The position numbers were made by a program, and so were the translations under genes. A stretch of 64,000 nt of DNA from Dehalococcoidia bacterium. GTDB lineage: Bacteria; Chloroflexota; Dehalococcoidia; Bin125. The notes beneath the pieces are model-generated. The model worked only from the letters and a program-made list of their open reading frames with translations. It was not told the DNA's origin and searched no databases. The stretch lies in the NCBI GenBank assembly GCA_963663895.2, contig CAXXRD010000005.1, positions 189,859-253,858 on the forward strand, in the 5' to 3' direction. Shown one piece after another: positions 56,065 to 64,000 of this stretch; position 1 is the first letter of the stretch; the number at the start of each line of letters is the position of its first letter.

Positions 56065-57419
56065 GCGGGCGCCTCTTCCGCGCGCGCGTCGAAAACAAGA
56101 CGGCCACCGAGCACGGTGGCGACCACGCGCCCCGTGAGCGTTCGCCCGGTGAGAGGCGTGTTCTTGCCGAGTGACGCGAACCGCTCCGGGTTGACGACCC
56201 AGCGGCACGCTGGATCGATGATGGCGAGGTCGCCTGGTGCGCCCTCCGCCAGTGTCCCGAGGCCCCAGCGCGCCTCGCGGTCGAGTCTCCAGGCGCGGAC
56301 GGGCCCGATCGTCAGCCGCTCGATTACGGCGGTGAGCGTCAGCTTGCGCTCCGATACGAGGGTTCCCAAGACGCCGAACGCCGTTTCGAGGCCGCTGATC
56401 CCGTAGGCTGCGTGCTGGAATTCACACTGTTTGTCGGGAAGTGCGTGGGGAGCATGATCGGTGGCGACCGCGTCCAGCACTCCTGTTGTCAGCGCGTCGA
56501 TACAGGCCGCGACGTGCGTGGCGGGCCGCAGGGGCGGGGCGACTTTGGCGTTGGTGTCATAGGAACTGGGGTCGAGGCCGTTGGTCGTCTCTCCTGCAAC
56601 GGCGGCGTCGGTGAGGAAGAGATGGTGTGGCGTGACCTCTGCGCTGATGCGCAGGCCATGTTCCTTGGCGGTGGCGACGGCTGCGCAGCCGGCGGCGGTG
56701 CTGACGTGTGCAAAGTGCAGTTGAGCGCCCGTCAGCTCGGCTAAGCGGATGTCACGCTCGAGCATCGCGAGCTCCGCCGCTGCAGGTTGCCCCGACAGGC
56801 CGAGACGAGCGGAGACGGCTCCCTCATGCATCACGCCACGCTCTTGCCCTGTGCCGGCGATCGCGAGGTCCTCGCAATGCTCGCTGATCGGTAGATCCAA
56901 GGCGGCGGCGTAGTCAAAAGCGCGGCGGGCGACGCCCGCGTCGGCGATGCCTTCGCCGTCGTCGGAATAAGCCACGACGCCGGCTGCGCGGAGCGCTTCC
57001 ATTTCCGCCAGCTCTTTGCCTCGTCGTCCCTTGGTGATCGCACCGACGGGGAGGACCCGCGCCGAGGCTCCGCGGGCACGCTCCAGCACCTGGGCCACGA
57101 CCGCCACGCTATCCATTGTCGGATCGGTGTTGGCCATGGCGCACACGGTGGTGTAGCCGCCGCGGGCGGCGGCGATCGTACCCGAGGCGATGGTCTCCTT
57201 GTGTTCGAAGCCCGGCTCGCGGAGGTGCGTGTGCAGATCGACGAAGCCGGGAGCAACCACGAGCCCAGTGGCGTCAAAGACCGGAGCGTTGGCGGCCGGT
57301 TCGGCAGCTACCGCCGCGACACGACCGTCGCGGATGAGAACGTCGAGCGTTCCGTCGACACCGTTGGCGGGATCGATGAGGCGTCCCCCTCGCACAAGGA
57401 GATCCGTCGGCGATGTCAT
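56061..57419 (-). CDS. pyrC: Dihydroorotase
   Basis: DLHTHLREPG, EVTPHHL, PPLR, ATDHAPH, GKNTP. Confidence 0.96.
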   Translation of the reverse strand: MTSPTDLLVRGGRLIDPANGVDGTLDVLIRDGRVAAVAAEPAANAPVFDATGLVVAPGFVDLHTHLREPGFEHKETIASGTIAAARGGYTTVCAMANTDPTMDSVAVVAQVLERARGASARVLPVGAITKGRRGKELAEMEALRAAGVVAYSDDGEGIADAGVARRAFDYAAALDLPISEHCEDLAIAGTGQERGVMHEGAVSARLGLSGQPAAAELAMLERDIRLAELTGAQLHFAHVSTAAGCAAVATAKEHGLRISAEVTPHHLFLTDAAVAGETTNGLDPSSYDTNAKVAPPLRPATHVAACIDALTTGVLDAVATDHAPHALPDKQCEFQHAAYGISGLETAFGVLGTLVSERKLTLTAVIERLTIGPVRAWRLDREARWGLGTLAEGAPGDLAIIDPACRWVVNPERFASLGKNTPLTGRTLTGRVVATVLGGRLVFDARAEEAPA

Positions 57420-58426
57420 GCACCGCCTCGCGCGAGCAGGTAGAGCACGGCCATGCGCACGGCCACGCCGTGTTGTACCTGCCGCTCGATCTCGCTCTGC
57501 AGGCCACGGGCGACGTCCGGAGAGATCTCGACCCCTTCGTTCAGCGGTCCGGGGTGCAGCACCGGTGCGTTATCGCGGGCCAGCCCAAGACGCTCGCGAG
57601 TGATTTGGTAGCGACGCGCGTACTCCCGGAGCGAGGGTACCTGCACGCCCGCCGCTCGCTCACGCTGGAGTCGCAGCGCCATTACCGCGTCGGTGCCTTC
57701 CAGCGCCCGGTCGAGATCGTCGTCGATGCGGACGGTAGGTAGGCCGAGTGGATGATTTTGATTGAGCCCGGGTGGTAACAGTGACTGCGGAGCGACGAGC
57801 GTGACCGCGGCCCCGAGTCGCGTCAGTATCCAGAGATTCGAGCGGGCGACTCGCGAGTGCTTGATGTCTCCCACGATGCAGATGCGCTTTCCTTGGAGCT
57901 CCCCGAGCGCTTTTTGCAGGGTGTAGGCGTCGAGCAGAGCTTGGGTCGGGTGCGCGTGGGTACCGTCGCCCGCGTTGATGATGCGGGCGACGCTGTGGCG
58001 TGCAGCGAGGTACGGCGCTCCTGCTTGCGGGTGCCGCATGACGACGATATCGGCTCCGATCGCCCCGATCGTGCGGACGGTGTCGATGAGTGACTCGCCT
58101 TTCTCCACGCTGGACCCTTTGGCGCTGAGATTGATCACGTCCGCGCCGAGGATCTTGCCTGCCAGCTCGAACGAAGCCCGGGTACGGGTACTGGCCTCGT
58201 AAAAGAGCGTGACCACGGTGATGCCTCGCAGGGCCGGCGTGCGGGCGACGCGGCGCTGCAGGACCTCCTCCATTGCAGCGGTGCTCTGCAGCAGGCGCTC
58301 GATCTCAGCGGTATCGAGCGCGTCGACGTCAAGGAGATGGCGATGGCGCCAGGAAACTTGTTGGCCTGTGGGATCGCTGGCGGAGGCGGGACTCGCGGGC
58401 GCTTCTGTTCGAGGTTGCGTAATCAT
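57416..58426 (-). CDS. pyrB: Aspartate carbamoyltransferase
   Basis: FYEASTRTRASF, NAGDG.HAHPTQ, GDIKHSRVARS, HPGP. Confidence 0.97.
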   Translation of the reverse strand: MITQPRTEAPASPASASDPTGQQVSWRHRHLLDVDALDTAEIERLLQSTAAMEEVLQRRVARTPALRGITVVTLFYEASTRTRASFELAGKILGADVINLSAKGSSVEKGESLIDTVRTIGAIGADIVVMRHPQAGAPYLAARHSVARIINAGDGTHAHPTQALLDAYTLQKALGELQGKRICIVGDIKHSRVARSNLWILTRLGAAVTLVAPQSLLPPGLNQNHPLGLPTVRIDDDLDRALEGTDAVMALRLQRERAAGVQVPSLREYARRYQITRERLGLARDNAPVLHPGPLNEGVEISPDVARGLQSEIERQVQHGVAVRMAVLYLLARGGA

Positions 58427-58437
58427 GACTGTGCTAC

Positions 58438-59013
58438 CTACATCTGTGCGCTGGCAGTAGGTGTACGCGACCGCAAGACGACTTCGTCGCGGCCGTCCGT
58501 TTCGGCAAGGCGCACGAGCACCTCGTCTTCACGATGCGTGGGCAGGTTCTTGCCGATGTAGTCCGGCCGGATCGGCAGCTCGCGGTGTCCGCGGTCGATC
58601 AGCACGGCGAATTCGATCGCGGCAGGCCGGCCATAGTCGATCAAGGCGTCAAGCGCCGCCCGGATGGAGCGCCCGGTGAAAAGTACGTCGTCCACTAATA
58701 CGATGACGCGATCGTCGATCGCGGCGGGCAGGACGCTGGTACGCAGCGGTGCGGTCGCGTTGCGGAGCGGGATGTCGTCGCGGTGAAGGCTGATGTCGAG
58801 GGCACCGGTAGGTGGCGGCGCGCTTGCAAAGTGACTGATCGACTGTGCGATCCTCTCGGCTAGTGGCACGCCGCGCGTGCGCATGCCGATCAGAACGGGC
58901 GGTGCCTCCTCGGAGTGGCGCTCCACGATCTCGTGGCTGATGCGCACGAGAGTGCGCTGGAGCGCGCGCGCGCCAAGCACTTCGGTCTCCGTGACGCTGG
59001 TCACGAAGGACAC
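58438..59013 (-). CDS. pyrR: Pyr operon attenuation regulator / uracil PRTase
   Basis: RISHEI.E, LDISLHRDD, LVDDVLFTGRS, DRGHRELPIRPDYIGKN. Confidence 0.97.
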   Translation of the reverse strand: MSFVTSVTETEVLGARALQRTLVRISHEIVERHSEEAPPVLIGMRTRGVPLAERIAQSISHFASAPPPTGALDISLHRDDIPLRNATAPLRTSVLPAAIDDRVIVLVDDVLFTGRSIRAALDALIDYGRPAAIEFAVLIDRGHRELPIRPDYIGKNLPTHREDEVLVRLAETDGRDEVVLRSRTPTASAQM

Positions 59014-59135
59014 TCTGGGCCGCTCGCTGCGGATCGTTCAGAGACGGACTGGTCGGGGGTATGAGGAGAAAGGTTCGTGTACATCTGCCGCCACCGCTGT
59101 CCTTTCCGGCCTCACGGGACCGGTTTTAAAGTCCA
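59014..59135 (-). promoter_or_regulatory. PyrR-binding RNA leader
   Basis: Minus strand CTTTAAAACCGGTCCCGTGAGGCCGGAAAGG (59101-59131) matches the PyrR binding-loop consensus. Confidence 0.85.
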
Positions 59136-59392
59136 ACGACGATCGCCTTGAGGAGGTTAGCACGGCGAGTTGCTCATGGAGCGTCGACTGCTCTACACCC
59201 CTGCTTCACCGCTGCGTCGTGCTGCCGCTGAGATGCATGCGCACATGCACTCCTAGCAGGAAGCGACGAGTGTATTCCGGGACCGACCTACGGAAACACG
59301 CGGCTCTTCAATCGTCAATCGATATGCGGCGTCGCGTGGGGTCGTACACTGTGGCGCGACGCCGAGGACGGGCGGCGGCGGGATCGCGCGAG

Positions 59393-60076
59393 ATGACGAC
59401 AAGGCGAGCGCTGCTTGGTGCACGACTCCCTGCGGTAGGAATCGCCGTCGCGCTCACAGTGGTGTTCGCCGGCGCCTGCGCGGGTGGTGACGCTCCCGGT
59501 TCCAGCACTCCCCCGCCCGGCAGCGCCGATTCGCTTCCCATCGACGTCGATCGAGTCCCGCAACCGCTCGACTTTGTCAACGACCCGGCATTGGAGGCGT
59601 ACCTGCTACGGGACACCCCGGAGCTGCCTGAGCGTTTCGTCGAGGTCCAGCGCGGCGATCGTCAACCCATTCTCTCCCTCGGCCGCGTCCAGGCGGCCGC
59701 CCGGGCGAGCTACGTCAGTGGCATTACCCGCGAGTACTTGGCCGTCGACGTGCTCCGGATTCAGTCCGATATCGAGCCAATGGGATTTTTCGCCGCCTTT
59801 GTTGCGGCGTTGGTGCAGGATCCGAATTTCCACGATTTGCGGCGGATTGGAGTGGTGCGGGGCGTTGGCGACAGCGCTAGGCACTTCGCATTCATTCTGG
59901 AAGGCGACGATGCTGAGGTGACGGCGCTTTTGCGAGGAGAGATCATCGCCCTGCTTTTCTACCGGCGCCCGGCCGCCTTCCGGCAACCGCTCGATCTCTC
60001 GTCGCTACTCGTGATGGTCGATTTGCTGATCCAGTTCGATGCACAGGTGGCCACCGCCGGTAGCGAGGCCAAGTAA
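59393..60076 (+). CDS. Hypothetical lipoprotein
   Basis: Basic N-terminus, hydrophobic stretch, lipobox-like FAGAC. Confidence 0.65.
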   Translation: MTTRRALLGARLPAVGIAVALTVVFAGACAGGDAPGSSTPPPGSADSLPIDVDRVPQPLDFVNDPALEAYLLRDTPELPERFVEVQRGDRQPILSLGRVQAAARASYVSGITREYLAVDVLRIQSDIEPMGFFAAFVAALVQDPNFHDLRRIGVVRGVGDSARHFAFILEGDDAEVTALLRGEIIALLFYRRPAAFRQPLDLSSLLVMVDLLIQFDAQVATAGSEAK

Positions 60077-60083
60077 CGACGCG

Positions 60084-60287
60084 CTAACGGTTCTCGGCCT
60101 GCTGCATCTCAGGCGGCAGTAGGTTGGGGATCCCGTCCTCAATGGGGTACTTGAAGTCGATCGACTTCGAGTAGAGATGACCCTGCAGGATCTCGTTCTC
60201 GTCTTCCGGATCGAGTTCGTCGATGACGAGATCGAGTGGCTCCTTCGTCACCGGGCATACCAGGATCTCGACTAGGTCCCGCTGCAT
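60084..60287 (-). CDS. Trm112 family protein
   Basis: LVEILVCPVTKEPL...YPIEDGIPNLLP. Confidence 0.9.
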   Translation of the reverse strand: MQRDLVEILVCPVTKEPLDLVIDELDPEDENEILQGHLYSKSIDFKYPIEDGIPNLLPPEMQQAENR

Positions 60288-60394
60288 GGAGAGATACCTT
60301 GCTTCTAGGCCCGCTGCCCGCCCTTCCGCTGATCCTAACAGCTGATTCTCCCCCGAGACGGGAGGAGCCTTGACGCTTTCTTCTCTAGGGGCAG

Positions 60395-60919
60395 TCAGGC
60401 GTCCGCACGTCCTAGCGAATAGGTGATTCGTCCCTTCGCGACGAGACGTCCGGCGTCATCGTGGATCTCCGCGTCGCCCACGGCAAGGCTCCCTCCCTTG
60501 CGGAGGATCGTGCCGCTGATGAATAACGCGCTCCCGTTGGCGGGGCGCAGGTAGGAGATATTGAGTTCGGCGGTGCCGCGCATAATGTCGCCGCGCACGC
60601 AGAGGGTCCGCACCGCTGACACGACTGCGATGTCGATGAGGGCCGCCATGATGCCGCCGTGCACACCGCCGGCCGCGCCGCCTCCTAGGAGCGGTGAGAT
60701 AGGGAGCCGGAACTCGGTCCGCCCCCGCTCGATGGAGGAGAGCTCGGCGCCGAACAGCGCCTGCCCGCCGATCATTTGATAGGTCTGCCGGATCCGATCA
60801 AGCGACTCAAGCCAGTCGGGCTCAGCACCCTCGGCGTTCCTCGCACGGTCGCTGGCGGCTTCGGTCATGTGCTCTCGGAATGCGGCCATCCACCGCTTCG
60901 ACCGTGGCCGCGCTGCCAC
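60395..60919 (-). CDS. PaaI family thioesterase
   Basis: VHGGIMAALID, TAELNISYLRP, G.LVAKG. Confidence 0.88.
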   Translation of the reverse strand: MAARPRSKRWMAAFREHMTEAASDRARNAEGAEPDWLESLDRIRQTYQMIGGQALFGAELSSIERGRTEFRLPISPLLGGGAAGGVHGGIMAALIDIAVVSAVRTLCVRGDIMRGTAELNISYLRPANGSALFISGTILRKGGSLAVGDAEIHDDAGRLVAKGRITYSLGRADA

Positions 60920-61913
60920 GATAGCGCAGTCTCACGATCGGGACCGCTTCGGATGGGGGAAGGACGCGCGTTCAGGGGAGGAATTGGCGCCAGCGCAAAC
61001 CAGCTGTTGGCGGGGCGCTCTGCCAGTCGCCGCATGAAGTAGGGATACCAGCGCTGGCCGTACGGCAGGTAGATGCGAACGGGATACTGCTCGTGCAAGA
61101 GGCGCTCCTGCAGTAGCGGACGCACCCCGTAGAGGAGTTGGACTTCCCAGCGATCCGCCTCGATATGGCGGCGGAATGCGAGTGAGCGGGCGCTTGCGAG
61201 CAGAGGCTCGTCGTGCGTGGCGACGGCGATAAAGCTGCCTCGGGCGAGGCTCTCCGGTGCGAACGCCGCTCGCAGCAGGCCGCTGGTAGGCTTGGAAGAC
61301 CGACTTCCGCGACTGGTGGGCAATGGCCTTCGGTTCAGCGTAGGCGCCTTTGACGAGCCGCACCCGAGCGTTCCGATCCTCCAGGAGCGTGCGGAGGTCG
61401 TTGGGTGTGCGATGGAGATAGGCTTGCAGCGCCATGCCGAGGCTCTCGTGTCGTTGGCCTACGGCACGGTAGAGCGCGAGTGTGGGGTCGACCGCGTTCG
61501 AGCGCTCGATGTCGAGTTCCACGCGGGCCCCGGTTGCCTCCGCGGCCGCCACAACTCGTTCTAAGTTGCGCTCGGCGAGGCCGGCATCGAGCTGCAGGCC
61601 CGATGAGCGACGGCTTAATCGCGACCTTGGTTTGCTCACCGATCGCTGCTGCGGCGACCAAATGGATCAGCGTTTCGTATTCCGCCACTGCCGAGGCAGT
61701 CTCGGCCTCGGTGGCAACGTCTTCGCCGAGGTAAGAGAAGGTCACGCTGTAGCCTCGATCAACGAGGGAGCAGGCGGCTGCGACCGCGGCTTGGGCGTTG
61801 CTTCCTGCGATAAACCGGTTGATCAGCCGTCCCGCGTAGGGCGCGCGCTCAATCGCATTGCCGATGGCAGGCTTCCCAGCCAACCAGAGCAAGAGGGGTC
61901 TGAGGAGGTTCAT
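60865..61913 (-). pseudogene. Proline dehydrogenase, frameshifted twice (or sequencing error)
   Basis: RFIAG...LGE / QAYLHR...RLVKGAYAE / ATHD...QLLYGVR...YLPYG..WYPYFMRRLAERPAN lie in three frames; shifts near 61600 and 61279. Confidence 0.8.
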
Positions 61914-61963
61914 GCTGCTCGGGGCGGAGCCGGTGGGGGCAGCGTGTGAGCCGGCGGGCGGAT

Positions 61964-62080
61964 TTAGCCCTGCCGCTGTTTGTTGCGAGGATTTTTCTTA
62001 TTAATGATGTAGACACGGCCCTTCCGTCTGACGATCTGATCGTCTCTCGATCGCTTCTTGACGGAAGCATGAACTTTCAT
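61964..62080 (-). CDS. rpmJ: 50S ribosomal protein L36, zinc-free type
   Basis: [38 protein letters not shown]; GGAGGA SD. Confidence 0.93.
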   Translation of the reverse strand: MKVHASVKKRSRDDQIVRRKGRVYIINKKNPRNKQRQG

Positions 62081-62195
62081 GTGTTCCTCCGGTGCCGCCG
62101 TCACCCTAGCACAGCGCGCGCGCAACAACTGTTTCGGAAGCAGACCGCCATTGATTAGCACAGGGCCGCCGGTTGGCGGGCGGTAGCATGTCAGC

Positions 62196-63385
62196 GTGAC
62201 TACAACTGATCTCATCTGTACGACCGGGGCTGCCGACACTCTTCTCGATGAAATACGGCACGCCGGCCGCTTTGCTCTCGACACGGAGTTCGTCTCGGAG
62301 CGCACATACCGACCACGACTAGCGCTGGTGCAGATCGCGGACGCCCGACCGTGTTGCGGCGATCGATCCGCTCGCCATCGAGGATCTCGATGCGTTGTGG
62401 CGGCTCGTCGCCGACCCGGCTGTCGTCACGGTCGTGCATGGCGGCGAACAGGAGGCGCGATTCTGCCGTCTGGCGACGGGATGTCTGCCGGCTGCTTACG
62501 TCGACGTGCAGCTCGCTGCGGGATTCGCCGGGGAGCGCTTTCCGATGTCGTACGCCAACTTGTCGAACGCGTCTTGAAGCGGCGACCCCGGCAAGGACAG
62601 GCGCGAACGGTTGGCTCCGGCGGCCCCTGTCCGATTCGCAGATGGATTACGCTCTGGAGGACGTGCGGCATCTGCATGCGCTGTGGGAGCGGCTAGAGCG
62701 GCTGCTTGATGCGCGCAACCGTCGCTCTTGGCTGGAGGAGGAAGAGGAATCGCCGCTTGGCCGCAGTCGAGCGCGATCTGATGGGCGCCCGCTGGCGCCG
62801 TGTGGCAGGCGCGCAGAAGCTGAGCCGCCGCGGCTTGGCTGTTGTCCGTGAGCTTTCGGCTTGGCGGGAACGGGAGGCGGCGCAGCGCAATCATCCCCGT
62901 GCCTGGGTCCTCTCCGATCATCTGATCGTCGCGATCGCGGAGTCGCTGCCGAGGTCGCTCACTGATCTCCGGCCGCGCGGCCTGGATCGCGTCAAGGATC
63001 GGTATGCGGCGACTCTGCTGGCTAGCGTCGAGCGGGCGCTGGCCCTGCCCGAGGATGAACTTCCTTCCAGAGGCCGCCCGTCTCGGAAAGAGGCGCAGGT
63101 CCGGATGTTGGGGCTCCTGCTTGAAGCCGTGTTGGAGTCGCACTGTGCGAAAGAGGGGATTGATACGTCCCCTTGTCGGCGGGGCGAACGACCCTGCGCG
63201 ATTTGGTGCGCTGGCACCTCGACGGCAAGCGGGGAGAAGCAGGCCTTGCCCTGATCGAGGGTTGGCGCGCCGAGTTGGTCGGCGATCTATTCGAGCAGGC
63301 CTTGCAGGGCGAGGTGACCGTGCGCGTGCGCGACGCTTGGGCGCGAGACGCGCTCGAAGTAGCGCAGTGTGAGGGTTCTGGCTGA
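62196..63385 (+). pseudogene. rnd: Ribonuclease D, multiply frameshifted (or sequencing error)
   Basis: ALDTEF..ERTY.P.LALVQ, DVQLAAG, WLRRPLS..Q..YA.EDV, HRDC L.AWRE..A...N.PR, GWRAELVG spread over several frames. Confidence 0.8.
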
Positions 63386-63560
63386 GCGACTGCTCTCGGG
63401 TGGCCGTGGGTCTCTGTTAGGCGACGGACACCCGTAATTCTTTCGTGTGCCGGATCGATGCTTGGCGCAGCGCTGGAAGCCATAGGAGAGCGCACGGAGG
63501 TTCCGGGTAAGCCGCATTGCTTCGCCTGCCCCGCAGGCCCCGCTCAGCTACGGCAGCCGC

Positions 63561-64000
63561 TCACCTGTTCATATTCGCTCGTTGTCTTCGCGTCTTCTCG
63601 ATCGACTGGCGTACCAAGGCGCGCTCGGCCTCTAGGGCAGCGCTCATATGGACCGGATAAGGTGGCTGCCGCTTGCTCGAGCGAGTGCAGGTTCGCAGGA
63701 AGCGCTGCGATCTCGGCAGCCGCGCGGTCGCGGGCGGTGCGGAGCGAGTCAGATCCGGCCGGCAGGCGCTGGCCGTGCCGCATGACGACACCAGCAGGGG
63801 GCGGCCTGCGAGCCGTTCGTCGTGCCGCGCGATCGTGTCGCCTGTGGCGATGCCGTTCTCCTCTGCACGGAACACTTGCTTTCGTCCCGGCAGGACGGAC
63901 TTGTTTGACGAGAGCTTCATCCGGGCCCCGGCCCGCGTACTCCGTCAGCTTGTAGGCGCTATCGAAATGCGGCGCATCCTCGGAGACGCCCATGCGCGTG
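63561..64000 (-). pseudogene. pncB: Nicotinate phosphoribosyltransferase C-terminal part, frameshifted, truncated by window edge
   Basis: GVSEDAP..DSAYKL.EY.G / MKLSS.K..LPGRKQVFR / VMRHG..L....L..AR / YPV. Confidence 0.75.

Overview
High-GC bacterial chromosomal window. The gene content suggests Chloroflexota (Dehalococcoidia/SAR202-like), possibly host-associated; this taxonomy is inference. Two housekeeping flanks (dnaX'-ybaB-recR-recO, metG, rsmI, guaB-like, hisS-prfA-prmC, relA, comM on the left; pyrR-B-C-carA-carB-pyrK...pyrD, mrp, rpmJ, rnd, pncB on the right) enclose a ~27 kb accessory region. That region lies between the inward-facing 3' ends of tRNA-Arg(CCG) and tRNA-Pro(TGG). It contains (i) a PLD-nuclease restriction-modification module with two m4C-type methyltransferases and (ii) the main find, a compact putative sterol/lipid-remodelling cluster. 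The cluster encodes an ERG6-like sterol C24-methyltransferase, a GPP34(GOLPH3)-cytochrome P450 fusion with an atypical I-helix, a Neverland/KshA-like Rieske oxygenase, a COG2907-like flavoprotein and an MMPL/RND transporter. No sterol cyclase is present in the window, and a 49-bp palindrome sits in the divergent promoter region. A degenerate att-like repeat delimits the modules. The last ~3 kb carries many single-base frameshifts, probably sequencing errors. All calls come from reading the sequence and recognising motifs; no database search was run.
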